Below, in pieces: positions 23,832 to 38,582 of a stretch of 64,000 nt of DNA. The stretch comes from Neophaeotheca triangularis (Eukaryota), in contig BAAIJX010000005.1 of NCBI GenBank assembly GCA_054600435.1, forward strand, positions 496,001 through 560,000, in the 5' to 3' direction. The notes under the pieces were generated by a model. The model saw only the letters and a list, made by a program, of their open reading frames with translations, searched no databases and had not been told where the DNA came from. Position numbers and translations under genes: made by a program. Each line of letters opens with the position of its first letter. The stretch's first letter is position 1.

Positions 23832-24711
23832 TGAGCATGGCCAGGCAGGGGAGGAAGGGGCGATTTTGGACTGTTTTTGCTTGCGATGGCGTTCTTCTTT
23901 CTTCTTTCTTTTTGGCGGCGCCGGTCTACGATGGCATTTGCTAACGGCGATTCTTGCTCTATGTACATACTTTTCCCCCCCCCAATGGCAGGCAGACGGT
24001 ACATGCTCTTCCCTTTCCGATTGCGACGAGTCTATCCCACGGGTGGAGGTGAGTTTCCGTTTTCCGCCTTCTCTGCTCTGTTGCTCCTTTTCCTTTCGTC
24101 GTGGTCTACTAGTATCCTTTGCAAGACACATTTTATGGCTTCTGAGCTCTCGTTTTCCCACCATGGCGCAGGTTCGTCGTCTACAGCTTTCTACCAAACG
24201 GGTCACGGCACTTTCATTCACTGTGGAAGCTGCGCTCCGAGAGGCGCCTTTCCTCGAGATGCTGGATAGCCGTCTCTACGTGAAGGCAACGTTGACGGTG
24301 GCTTGTGAGAGAAGAGGCAAAGTTATGGATATGAGTATGAGCATCACCCTCGCGAGCAAATCTCTGCTCCCGCGATTCCACTGAAGACGACGCACAGAAG
24401 CGACAGCGAGGGAAGCGCAAGTCTAGAAATGTTTTCTTCCTTTCATTCCGCATTAATCATTATAGGCCAAAAAAGAAAGAAGCAAGAAAAAAGTAGAGAA
24501 AAACAAATCTTTCCCAGGGCAGGGATAATCCCGCCTTTTTCGCCACGCCATCACGCCCAATGTCCATGCTGGAGAAGAGGAAGCTCAAAAGAACTATGCA
24601 GGCCGCGACGCACTAAACTCGACACGCCACCGCGGTTTCCGGGAATTACCCTCCACCACGCTCCGCTTCCAAAAACTTCGCTTGCCCCGTGTATGTATCA
24701 ATCGGTCGTAT

Positions 24712-27435
<2,724 letters not shown>

Positions 27436-28690
27436 CTATTCTATCACGGAAAGGCCAATCACTGGGCGGGCATTTGCAACAGACATGGATTGATTGAGAC
27501 GAGGATAGCCGCGGTGCGAAAACGGAGGACATGTACCTGATGCCCCAGAAGGGAAGGGTAGAGAGAGGGGGGGGGGAGAGAGGGGGAGAGAGAGAGAGAG
27601 AGGAAGAGAAGAACAAGGGAGCGTCGACTTTCTCCACAATGTTCCTGGACCGCGAACGCTATCAGTACCTACACTAGGCTAGCTAGGTGCCTCGTAGTAG
27701 TAGTCAATCGCACACCTTCTCCACGAAATTGTTGTTGTCGACTCATGCCGCCGGCGCACGAGCACTAGAGAGGCGTGGCGGGCGGTTCATCATATGGGCG
27801 GAATTACTCCACGTTGCGATATCAACAAGAAAAGTTTGTGTGTCCAGATGGAAGTACGAGTTGGTTGTTACTACTGCAGGGCTGGGGGTGTAACTTTCAG
27901 TGGCGGCTCGGATCTGTCGTTTAATTCTTACCTTAGCTTAGGTAGAGATGGCAGATACCTTACCAGATGCCTTACCCGTACTTTGTACACGAGGGACTGC
28001 ATTACCGCTTTTGGACGCAAATCGCATGCTCGACCCCGGATCACCGTTGCCAAGCGTTCGCGCCACAACTTGAAGCCCCCACCGCAGGCGCTGCAGCTTT
28101 CTTTGATGACTACAGAGAACACAACAACCTCACCTCTCCACAATAATCTGTATGACGGCCGGCCCTGCCTTCTGTCGCATTCCTGTTCTACTTTTGGCAG
28201 TACATCTACATCTCCCTTACCCTACCTTACCTCCCGACTGTTGTCTACCCCCCCAAGATCAAGTCAAGCCTGGGCTATCTCCCCAGTCCCTAATCAAGCT
28301 TACCTATCGCGTCCGCCCTCTCCTGCCCACGCGTCAGCTAGGCGTCGCTCGAGCCATGCATGGATGCTTGTGATCATTATTGTGACTGATCTGATGAATC
28401 CCATCATCACCAGCTGCAGCCTATTATTGTTATTATTGTGGCAACCCAAGTCGATCGGTGTGTCAAGGCTTCCTTTCTGTGGTATTGCAGTGTTGCAGTG
28501 ACGGCATCAAGCATGACTACCTACCTACCTTACCTAACCTAGTACCTTACACCACTACCATCATGGCCCCCAGGCCCGGGATGAGGCATCTTGATCGCGG
28601 TGCCATCCCTTGGAAGGACCAAGAAAAACAGCCCTCAAAAGAAAAACAGTGATATTTGCAATTCCGAACACAAGCCACACACAGAACAAT

Positions 28691-29106
28691 GTTATCGTTA
28701 TCCACTCCTCATGGTTGAGATCTAGGTTCCGGGAAAATTGCGTACCATAGACACGCCTATCTGGGGGTCGACCGGGGGCGCAACTTTGATCCTGAAACGA
28801 TGCGCGAATTTCGATTCCAAGCTCGTAATGTGGTAATCCACCCTGGCCTCGAATAGCTTGTTATCCGGACCATGCGAGCTTAATTGATTGGGTCTCGTGG
28901 CACTCGTGTTACGCTATCGCTGGCGCACATTCACTATCTTGTTCCACGCCTAATCAGCTGCGTCGGCAAATCTGGGCTTGCTTGCTCTTCTAGAACCTCT
29001 GGCACAGCCATTCCCGTTCGAGTTTGAAAGCCAGCAATTCTTTGTCCGGCTCACACTCGAGGAAGCAGATACCCCATGGGGTTTGACCTACCTGTCTCCC
29101 TTATCT
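28691..29106. promoter_or_regulatory. Cluster of GATA elements (candidate AreA/NIT2 nitrogen-regulation sites) upstream of the Rieske gene
   Basis: TATC/GATA cores near 28692, 28698, 28757, 28861, 28914, 28934, 29067 and 29101; several fit HGATAR on the minus strand. Function is inferred. Confidence 0.4.
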
Positions 29107-29320
29107 TCCCTACCATGAGACAAAGAATACATATATCACCATGCCATACCCAACAGAATACATTCTTTTCATCATCACTTCACCAACACAACAAAGAACC
29201 AACAGTCTTCTCTCACACACAACACTCTTATACCCTATCTACCTCGCAGTTTAGGATCATACCAATCCGGCTCGCAACACAAAACACCAATCCGCCACAC
29301 ACAACAAAGCTATCAATACA

Positions 29321-30589
29321 ATGGCTTCCTACCTTTCAAGCTACCTTCCCGCATCATGGCGCGCTCAGCAACCCGCTGAGGAGCCCAAGGAGGCTATGCG
29401 CGCCCTTCCATCCAACTGGTACACATCTCAGGAGATGTACGAGCTTGAGCGCCGCGCCATCTTCTCCAGGAAATGGCAACCAATCACCCACATCTCTCGC
29501 CTTCAGAACCCCGGTGACTTTTTGAAGTTCGACGTTGCCGAGTACGGCTTCATCCTTGCCCGTGACCGCCAGGGCAAGATCAACGGATTCCACAACGTTT
29601 GCAGGCACCGCGCCTTCCCCGTTGTCACTGAGAACTCGGGCTCCGCAAGAATCTTCAGCTGCAAATACCACGGCTGGTCCTACGGCCTTAACGGCAAGCT
29701 CGCCAAAGCACCTGGCTACCAAGAGCTCGAGGGCTTCGACAAGGAGAAGAACGGGCTGATGCCCATCCACGTCCACGTCGACGTCAACGGTTTCATCTGG
29801 ATCAACCTCGACGGCAAGGCCGTTCCCGAGATTAGCTGGGACGATGACTTCAAGAACATCGACCGCCAGGAGCGCTACAAGGACTTCAACTTTGACGACT
29901 ACTACTTCGACCACGAGTGGCAGATGGACGGTGCCTACAACTGGAAGATCCTTGCCGACAACTACAACGAGTGCTACCACTGCGCTACCTCCCACCCTGA
30001 CATTGACGCCGTCGCCAACCTCCAATCATACTCTGTCAACACCGAGGGTGTCAAGATCATCCACGACCCTGCCACCACCGAAGAGCAGCGCGCCGCTGGC
30101 CTGGTCGTCGCCTCGACCTACTACTTCCCCAACGCCTCGACCAACATCACACCCCACTTCTTCATGATCCAGCGCTTCGTGCCTTCCGGCCCGCTGAAGT
30201 GCAGCATGCAATACCAGGTTTTCCGCAACAAGCACTCCACCGACGAGCAATTCGACCTGGTCAACCAGATCTACAAGCGCGTCATGTCCGAGGACAAGTA
30301 CCTGTGCGACCTTGCACAAAAGAACCTCAACGCCGGTGTCTTCGTCAACGGCGAGCTGCACCCCAAGTTCGAAAAGGGCCCTCTCTTCTTCCAGAAGGTC
30401 GTCCGTGAGACCGTCACCGAGCACTACAAGAAGGAGCAAAAGACCAAAGAGCAGATCTGGCCCGCCAGGCAAACCCTCGCCGCCGCCAGCAACGTCGAGC
30501 AGAGCAACAAGGACCTCGACTTCTGCTCCAACCTCGAAGCCTGTGCCACCGGCGGCCAGAAGAACCCACCCGAGCAGCTGGTGTGGTAG
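29321..30589 (+). CDS. Rieske non-heme iron monooxygenase alpha subunit (choline monooxygenase / betaine demethylase / carnitine oxygenase-like)
   Basis: 422-aa intronless ORF. Rieske [2Fe-2S] motif CRHR-x16-CKYHGW. Mononuclear Fe site NWKILADNYNECYHCATSHP with downstream ED. N-terminal ALPSNWYTS..YELERRAIF is typical of CMO-like enzymes. Strong C-ending codon bias. Confidence 0.92.
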   Translation: MASYLSSYLPASWRAQQPAEEPKEAMRALPSNWYTSQEMYELERRAIFSRKWQPITHISRLQNPGDFLKFDVAEYGFILARDRQGKINGFHNVCRHRAFPVVTENSGSARIFSCKYHGWSYGLNGKLAKAPGYQELEGFDKEKNGLMPIHVHVDVNGFIWINLDGKAVPEISWDDDFKNIDRQERYKDFNFDDYYFDHEWQMDGAYNWKILADNYNECYHCATSHPDIDAVANLQSYSVNTEGVKIIHDPATTEEQRAAGLVVASTYYFPNASTNITPHFFMIQRFVPSGPLKCSMQYQVFRNKHSTDEQFDLVNQIYKRVMSEDKYLCDLAQKNLNAGVFVNGELHPKFEKGPLFFQKVVRETVTEHYKKEQKTKEQIWPARQTLAAASNVEQSNKDLDFCSNLEACATGGQKNPPEQLVW

Positions 30590-30983
30590 ATGACGACCTC
30601 TGACGACGATTTGCTTTACTGCATTGCGCTTCGGAGTTAAAATTTGGGAGTCATTTACTATCACCGCTGCTTTCGGGAAAAAGTCAGCTACTGGGCATTC
30701 TTGGTTTCGGAGGGCGTTCTTGCAAGCAACCCTGCTGCGTTGATGACACTGCATGATTGGATGAAAGTTTTCTTTTTATTAATATTTGCGATGGCGCTCT
30801 TTGGGAGGATTCTGCTACAGAGATGGATATATAGCATCTGGGGGCTTTTTCGGAAACTGGCATCTACTTTATTTACAGCATAGTAGTTTACACCTTTTTC
30901 GAAATTTGATCAATACCTATTCATTCAAAACTGCCTCTTTCCTTTTCACTCTCCTCTTTGCTTTCGTCTTGATCATGGTCATT

Positions 30984-31061
30984 CTCATCATGCCTCATCA
31001 CCATCATCCTCATCACCATCATCATTATTAGCACCATCACCTCCATCCCCATCACCATCAC
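30984..31061. repeat. Imperfect (CAT/CAC)n low-complexity tract
   Basis: CATCACCATCATCCTCATCACCATCATCATT... in the Rieske to sarcosine oxidase intergenic region. Confidence 0.75.
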
Positions 31062-31378
31062 CAACCCGCGATATCTGTGCAAGTATGCTCCTTTCCCAAC
31101 AAAGCGCCGCCTCCAAACAATTTCGACCGCTCCTCCTCGTCGCATCCAACATTTCACCCCCCTCGAAAACCCCCATCAATCAAGCCCACCGGGAAAGACT
31201 TCTCCCCCATCGGCACGAAACCCAGACTAATCACTAAAGCATTCCCTGTGGCTGAGCAATTTCAGCTCCTCAGAGCCGCCTAATCCATCTTGGTGAATTT
31301 TTCGAAAGTGCGTTTACTTTGGTCAAGATTGTTTGGGTTTGGTGTGGTGCTGCTGGCTATGTGGGGGGTGTTTTGTTG

Positions 31379-31425
31379 TGTATGTATGTATGTGCATATG
31401 TATGTATGTATGTATGTGTGTATGT
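31379..31425. repeat. Imperfect (TATG)n microsatellite
   Basis: TGTATGTATGTATGTGCATATGTATGTATGTATGTATGTGTGTATGT. Confidence 0.85.
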
Positions 31426-32075
31426 GGTTTTGGGGGTTTGGTAGGTGTACGGTAGTAGTGCATGCTCTCTCTCTCCCTTTCTCTTGCTTTTGACACTCGA
31501 TACTCGGGTGCGGATTGTTGATCTCGTGGAGGAACGTGGTATGAGCGCTTGCAAAGGTAAGGTTGTTTACGAGTGCCTCCAGGCAAAAGGTTCTTCTATT
31601 ACCGAATGCGGTAAAAGATACACAACAAAAGACAGATCCGCCAAGGCCACGAAAGATAGGAAATCTCACGCCATGTCTTATCAGTCAAAAGACAGTCAGA
31701 GTGTCAAGTTTGCCCACGATAATCACGTGGCAAATCTAGGCCAAAAGCCATCGCCACCACCATTATTCCACGCCTCTTAGGTACCTTGCCTACCGTACCT
31801 ACCTCCTACCTACGGGTGACAAAGGGAAACTTGGCAGTGGAATCTAATGCCGAAAAGGGAATGGGGAAGCTGCGACCCAAAGCGGCCATCGATGGCAGCC
31901 CTGGGCTGCACCTGCCTGCGCCCGCCCTCCCGAACGTCCCCACACATCAGCCAACCAAGCGTGGGGAAGGCGATAACAGCTGATTAGCATGGCTCCGAGG
32001 TCGGAAAAGCGACGCATAGCTTCGGCGTTTTCGATATCACTACACGTTCCGAGTAGGAATATACACGCGATCGTG

Positions 32076-32103
32076 TTGCGGTTTGCGGTTTGCGGTTTGC
32101 GGT
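32076..32103. repeat. (TTGCGGT)4 tandem repeat in the sarcosine oxidase promoter
   Basis: Four perfect 7-bp units about 175 bp upstream of the ATG at 32279. Confidence 0.9.
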
Positions 32104-32278
32104 GTGTCGTGTGCGTCTGAATTGCCGCTCGCAATAAATATCATAGAGAGCTAGGTTCGCTGCTGCTGCCGACGCCCTTCCCATCACTTCACACTCGCTC
32201 GCCTTCCATCATCCCTCTTCCTTGTCCCTCGTGTGCTTTCCTCCCTTGCCTCTTACTCCCCAAAAGCAGTCCGCAATC

Positions 32279-33763
32279 ATGCAAACTTCCTCAGGCAGCG
32301 CATCGTACTCGTACCTCATTGTCGGCGCAGGCGTTTTCGGCGTCTCCACCGCTTACCACCTGATCAAGAAGTTCCCCGATGCTTCTGTGACCATTGTTGA
32401 CAGAGATGCCTTTGACGCTGACAGCCGTGTCGCGGCCTCGTGGGACTGGAACAAGGTGGTGCGCGCCGACTACGATGACCTAGTCTACTGCCGCTTGGGC
32501 ATTGAGTCGCAGGATGTCTTCAACTCGGACCCTCTGTGGAAGCCTTACTTCCACCAGACGGGCATTTACTGGACCTGCCGGGGTGACTACGCGCAGCAGG
32601 TCATTGACAACTACAAGAAGCTCGGCAGGAAGGCGGACTTGGCCGCCATTCCCGTGGAGGAGGCGAAGAGGATGTTTGGCGGGCTCTTTGACTCGGCCGA
32701 CTACGAGGGTGTCAAGGAAGTGCTTGTCAACAAGACCAGTGGGTGGGCTGCTGCCGGCGACTGCTTGATTGCCATCACCCGCGAGTGCCTCAAGCTCGGC
32801 GTCAAGTACGTCCAGGCTGAGGTTTCTTCTCTGCAATTCGACCAGCGCGGCAAGTGCAAGGGTCTGCGCACAACCAACGGCGAGTTCATTTCCGCCTCTC
32901 ACACCATCCTCTGCACGGGTGCGTACACACCGAAGCTGTTGGAGCTCAGCGCCGAGGCGAGTGGCAAAGACGATCTCCGTGCGGACGACAGAATAGTTGC
33001 CGGCGGCATCACCACTGGCATGACCACCCTGGACGAACCCACTCACGAGAAGTTCGCCGCCATGCCCGTCGGTGTTCAGGGCTACAGCGCACAGCAAGGT
33101 AAGCGTCGAACACCGCTCAATTGCTCTAGCGAGTTTTTCCTAACCTCAAAAAACTTTTAGGACCCTTCATTGGCAGCTTGCCCCCAACCAAGGACCGCGA
33201 GCTCAAGTGGTGGTCGCAGACCATCTTCACAAACACAAAAGAGGTCCTTCCCGGCCGACAAATCTCCATGCCCCCGGCGAAACCAGACTACGGACAGTGG
33301 GACGTGCCACTTCAATTGCAGGCAGGCATCAAACACGCCAACAAGGTTTTCTACGGCGACAAGGGTGCCAACTGGCAAATGACCAAGCACCGTATCTGCT
33401 GGTAAGTCCTCATCCACTCTCACAGTCCAAAGGCGCCGCACAAGCCTCAACAACACGACAAGAGCACCCAACACTAACCTCTCCACCCACAGGGACGCCT
33501 TCACCTCCTCCGCCGACTTCATCATCTCCCCCCACGCCGCGAGCCAAGGCCTCTTCGTCGCCACCTGCGGCAACTTCCACGGCTGGAAGTTCTTCCCCGT
33601 CCTCGGCAAATACATTGTGCAAATGCTCGAGGGCACTTTGGAGCCCGAGTTGCAGCAGAAATGGGCCTGGAACCGCGCGAGACCCGACCCTTGCCTCAAC
33701 CCCGATTACCCTCGCTGGGAGATGAACACGGTGCTCGAGGACAAGCCTAGAGCGAGGTTGTAG
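32279..33763 (+). CDS. Monomeric sarcosine oxidase / L-pipecolate oxidase / fructosyl-amine oxidase family flavoprotein with C-terminal PTS1 -ARL
   Basis: Exons 32279-33098, 33161-33401 and 33493-33763. Motifs IVGAGVFGVSTAYHL, AASWDWNKVVRADY, ILCTGAYT and RICWDAFT (Cys at the covalent-flavin position), plus DFIISPH and CGNFHGWKFFPVLG. Ends DKPRARL*. Confidence 0.9.
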
Positions 33764-34255
33764 AGGAGGATGAGGAGGAGGGAGAAGGTGTGAATATGCT
33801 TGCGTGCTGTGTTATGGACGGGGAGGCAGTGCATGAGACGACAAAATGGGAAACGCTATTATTTGGTGCATATGAGATGTCGTTTGTCTGGACATTTGCC
33901 TGGGGTTTGATCTTCGGGGGTTGCATTTACGATGACTATAATGAGATTTAGAGCGTTTTTATCTTGCGTTGGTGGTTGTGGTGGCGCTGCTTCACTCCCA
34001 TACGGCTGCATTTTGCCTGAGAGAAATGCGACTTTCCGCTGTCTGCTTTTGATTGGAGGATTGGCGAGTCGCGCTAGTGTGACGGCGTCAACGGTCGATC
34101 CACCTCGATCTATATAAGTTAAGGTACTTACTAAGTTACATAGGTACGCGCATCGACGCGCTTCAAAGCTGCTCGGGTGCAACTGCCCTTCTACATCAAT
34201 CACACTTCTTCTTCCTTGTACGCATCTCCATATACATACAAACTTTGGGAGGAGT

Positions 34256-37200
34256 ATGAAGCGTAAAAGGAAGTCTACCGTAGCGCACCCGCCCGACAAG
34301 CGCTTAAAATGCAACAACAACAACAACAACAACAACAACAACCGACCGATTCATCCCGGAGCGCCCCTTCTGCGGCAGTATTACCCTCAAGTGATAACCT
34401 TACGACAGTATCTGGTCTCCGCTCTACCCAGATCTTCTAAGAAACGACGAAGGAAAGTGCAAAACTATGGCTCTCCGCATGACAGTTGCGCATTCATCAA
34501 CAATGATCTGGCCCATCTTCTCGACAGCGTCGTGGTCGGTCGGAGCGAGGTCGCCGCGGAAGATGTATCGGATTCCATGCTCGATGACTTGACCGTCTTC
34601 ACGCAGCAGCTCAGCGAAAATTCAGGGACGGCGTCGTCATCGTCGTCGGTGGCGGGGAATCTGCAGCAGGCTCAGGTGGGTTTTCCGGTTCTTTTCTCAC
34701 ATCTCGCTTACATGTGTGCTATACTAACCGGGTTGAAGATTGTGGACTTGTCGATCTGGCGGATTTTCCGGAAGGGCTCGTCGCTCAGGCCGCCGGCACA
34801 TATGCTATGCAGAGGCTATGGTAGGTCTGCGGCGGGTGTTCACGATGGGCTTGACCCTGTCATGGCGCCTGGGATTCCCGGTGTCCTTGTTCATGGCGAG
34901 AATCCTTATGTCAAGGCGTTGAAGGCGGAGCCGTGGATCGGTCTGCCTGCGTTGATTGGAAAGGGCGCGGACGGTATTATCAGCAGTTTGCTGGTTGAGC
35001 ATGGCCTGTACCTCCCGGTACCCGACAGTAGCAATCTGAACCAAATCAGCGGCGTTCCTTTACACGAGCTGAAGACGCTCTCGTCGGAAATGCCGCAGAC
35101 GACCGTTAGAAAGGATCCTTTGCCCGACGCTGCCGCAAAAGCTGCTTTGCAATCGAGCGGCTACAAGTTGTCCGACATACGCTTCCTCCGCTACAGAATG
35201 ATGTACGCAAAACCAAGCCTCAACGCAAAAGGCGATGTGAGCTTCGGCATGCCATACGCTCACATACTCAGCCGGCTTCGAGAAGTGGCTAGCATCGAAG
35301 AGACTGTGCATCTGATGAAATATGTCTTCCCAAAGCAATTCGGCTTACACAACGTTCTCACATCTGCTGTCGATTCAAGGCAAAGCGGCCACCCTTTGAT
35401 GGACTACACTTTTCGAGAGCAAGAGATTGCTCGTGCCGACTTTCGCACATACGGCAGCCTGGTGGCGCAGTCTGAGGAGGATGCGAGGCGAAGGCGGAAA
35501 GTACCTCGACGGCTTCGTGGGGATGCTGTGGAGCTGGTGAAGACTATCCGCAGGCGACATGGCAAATGTTCTTACCGGGCCATGCTAAATCATTACTGTT
35601 CGAAACCGACTCACGATCAAGCGGACGATCAAGCCAGCTGCCTTTCCATGGCAAGCACCAGCGCTCAGGTGTCTGCCTTTTGCCGTGCCGTGGTCGCAAA
35701 AGTCTTTCCGAAAAGGCTATGGGGCGATGGAGTCCTTGGTGATGGAAACCAACGCAAAGTGCTAGACCGAGTTCATCAATTTGTCAAGTATCGACGCTAC
35801 GAGACGACAAGCCTGCATGCCGTACTACAAGATATCAAAGTCAACAAGATCAACTGGTGCGCGCCCGAAAATGCCTCGTCAAAAGATAACATCAGCAAAT
35901 CAGACTTGTCAAAACGCCACGAACTGATATCTGAGCTGCTTTACTTCCTCTTCGACTCCTTCCTAATCCCCCTAATCCGCGGCCACTTCTACGTAACGGA
36001 ATCCAACATCCATAGAAACCAGCTCTTCTTCTTCCGTCATGACGTCTGGAAAGAGCTCTCCGAACCCACTCTCGCCTCTCTCAAGACCAACATGCTGGAA
36101 GAATGCGACATTGCCCAAGTCCAGCACACCCTCGCCAAGCGACAACTCGGCTTCAGCCACGTTCGCCTGCTGCCCAAAGAGCGCGGCCTCCGTCCCATCA
36201 TCAACCTCCGCCGCCGCGTCCAAAAAACGCAGAGCGGCCGCCTCGTCCTCGGCCGCAGCATCAACAGCACCCTCACCCCGGCCTTTGCAATCCTCAACTA
36301 CGAAAAATCCCGCCGCCCCGACGACCTAGGCTCCGCCCTCTTCTCCGTCGACGACATGCACCCACGGCTCGCAAACTTCCGCTCCCGCCTCCGAGACCTA
36401 GGTCTCGCCAACGCACCGCTGTACTTTGCAAAAGTCGACGTCCAGGCCTGCTTCGACACCATCCCGCAGCAGCGGCTGCTGCAACTAGCGCAGCGCGTTC
36501 TGCAAGCGGATGAGTACCGCATCAGCCGGCACGCTCGCGTCAAACTCCTCGGCGGCCACAAGCCCGCGACGAAGACGGCGGACATTGGTTTCGGCGGCAA
36601 AGTATCGTGGAAATTCCTCACGCGCGCGACCGCGTCGACCGAAACCCGGGATCTCGCGGGCGAGCTGGAAGCCGAGTCGAAAACGAGCCGGGGTCGCGCC
36701 GGGGCCGTGTACATTGACGGCGTGGTGGGGAAGCGACAGCAGCGGGGCGAGGTTTTGAACTTGCTGCGGGAGCACGTCGGGGCGAATTTGATCAAGATTG
36801 GGAAACGATATTTCCGCCAAAAAGAGGGGATACCGCAGGGGTCTGTCGTGTCGAGTTTGCTGTGCAGCTACTTTTACGCCGAGATGGAGAGGCGGGAGCT
36901 GGGCTTTTTGCAAGAGGGGGTGGAACGAGGGCGCACGTTGTTGTTGAGGCTGATTGATGATTTTTTGGTCATCAGTGCCGATCGTGGTGTCGCGGAGCGT
37001 TTTGTGCGGGTTATGCATCGGGGGATTGGGGAGTTTGGGGTGCGGGTTAAGGGGGAGAAGAGTCGGGTCAATTTCGATATGGAGGTTGATGGTGGGAGAG
37101 TGGTGGAGAGGTTGCCGGCTGTGGTGGATTTCCCGTATTGTGGGAGTGCTATCAATACTAGGACGTTGGATATTAGTAAGGATGGGGAGAGGAGGAGGAG

Positions 37201-38351
37201 GATGGGTGAGTTTTTTCTTTTTTTTTTCCTTTCTTTTTTCTTTTGCTGGCATCGGCGGGCGTGGTTTGCCGTTGTTTTGTTCGAGGCTGATGTGACTTGG
37301 CTACAGATCTCTCCAACTCGTCGACGGTCGAGTACTCGAAACTACCCGGGCAGACCTTCTACCGCAAGACTCTCAAGTAAGCATCATGGCAACCCCGTCT
37401 CACATGAAGGAAATGCCGGATACTAACACGGAGAACACCACCAGCGCAATGAAGCTGCAAATGCACGCCATGCTGTTCTCAACCCAGCACAACAGCCTCC
37501 CCACCGTCTTGCGAAACTTGCAACACAGTTTCCACGAAGTCGCTCAAAAAAGCTACCACTACATCCGCTCGCTGCCACTTCCAAAGCAACCGCACGGGAA
37601 ATTGGTCATCAGTACGTTTCAAGCACAAACGAAGAACCTACCTACCTACTTACCTACCCACCTACCTACCTCTCTCGACTAGTGGTAACGTGTGAATGAG
37701 ACGCTGACGACTTCCTATCCAGAATCCGTCGACGATTTGATCAAGCTTGCCTGCGTGCTTATGAAGCGCAAGGTTTCTGGGCGCCGCAGCGGGAGGGGGG
37801 AGTTTGAGTGCGCTGTTAGTGGGGCGCAGGCGAGGTGGTGAGTTTTTTCCCCGTCTTCCTTTCTTTACGTCAGTCCAATGCGTTGTGTGTTTGTGTGAGA
37901 CGTCAGTCATTTTTGACTTGACGATAGTAGTACTGGGCTGTACTAGTGTGGCATTTGATGTCAGGAGGATGTGTGGTTGGGCTTTTTGTCAGCCAGCGCC
38001 AGCTCGCTCCACAAGCATATGGAAGCTGGGCCCGGTTGCAACTTGCGGCTGGCATCAGCACCACTTCTTTTTTTTTACTAGCGCCCCTGGTTCCAGCCAC
38101 AACAGCAGCCCAGCCCAGCCAGGCCTTTTCTTTTTCATCTTCTTCTCCCTACGTGTTAGGGGAAGAGATGTCACTATCCCATTACCTACTCTTACTAAAA
38201 CCAATGACGCAGGATCGCTTGCAAAGCTTTCGAGACGGTTTTCCAGCGGCGTCAGACGGGCAATGCCATGTTGCTTGCTTGGTTGCGGGGGCAGTTTTGT
38301 TTGCCGCCGCTGAGAGCGCAGGCTGGGTTTTTGGCAAGGGTGTTGGGTTGA
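34256..38351 (+). CDS. TERT: Telomerase reverse transcriptase
   Basis: Exons 34256-34675, 34739-37205, 37307-37376, 37445-37611, 37723-37837 and 38213-38351. QFP-like YVFPKQFGLHNV; T motif HFYVTESNIHRNQLFFFRHDVW; motifs 1/2 VRLLPKERGLRPIINL; A KVDVQACFDTI; B' GIPQGSVVSSLLC; C LLRLIDDFL; E FPYCG. Spliced C-terminus FECAVSGAQARWIACKAFETVF..LLAWL. Confidence 0.95.
34313..34342 (+). repeat. (AAC)10 coding microsatellite giving a poly-Asn tract in the TERT N-terminus
   Basis: KRLKC-N10-RPIHP. Confidence 0.95.
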
Positions 38352-38552
38352 TCTGATGCCTTGACTAGCTGTTTATTATTTCTGGTACTCACCCGGACTT
38401 TTGTAGTGGGTGGATACTATTATGCTGGGAGTGGTTCGGTGGGTCACGTGGTGGGTGTCTAGGTAGGGTAAGGTAGTAGATGGGTGTTCTTACTTAGGTG
38501 AGGTGTTCTTGCTGTACAGTACCGGCTCCACCACGGCTTTTGTTCTAGCCAC

Positions 38553-38582
38553 ACTACTAGTACTACTACTAGTACTACTACT
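38553..38582. repeat. Imperfect (ACT/AGT)n microsatellite
   Basis: ACTACTAGTACTACTACTAGTACTACTACT downstream of TERT. Confidence 0.75.

Noticed and set aside
23172..24384. Overlapping 349-aa and 196-aa ORFs after the OSCA gene
   Set aside because: Low-complexity 3' UTR or antisense frames with no motifs.
28563..28652. Short ORF MAPRPGMRHLDRGAIPWKDQEKQPSKEKQ in the DMGO-Rieske intergenic region
   Set aside because: Only 29 codons, no recognisable motif and no ferredoxin or cytochrome b5 ligands.
31982..31993. GATTAGCATGGC resembling U6 snRNA
   Set aside because: The match is only 12 nt, with no ACAGAGA box or other U6 sequence.
34256..38351. Retrotransposon or novel reverse transcriptase system
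   Set aside because: The telomerase-specific T and QFP motifs, spliceosomal introns and lack of LTR, gag, endonuclease or integrase identify an ordinary cellular TERT.
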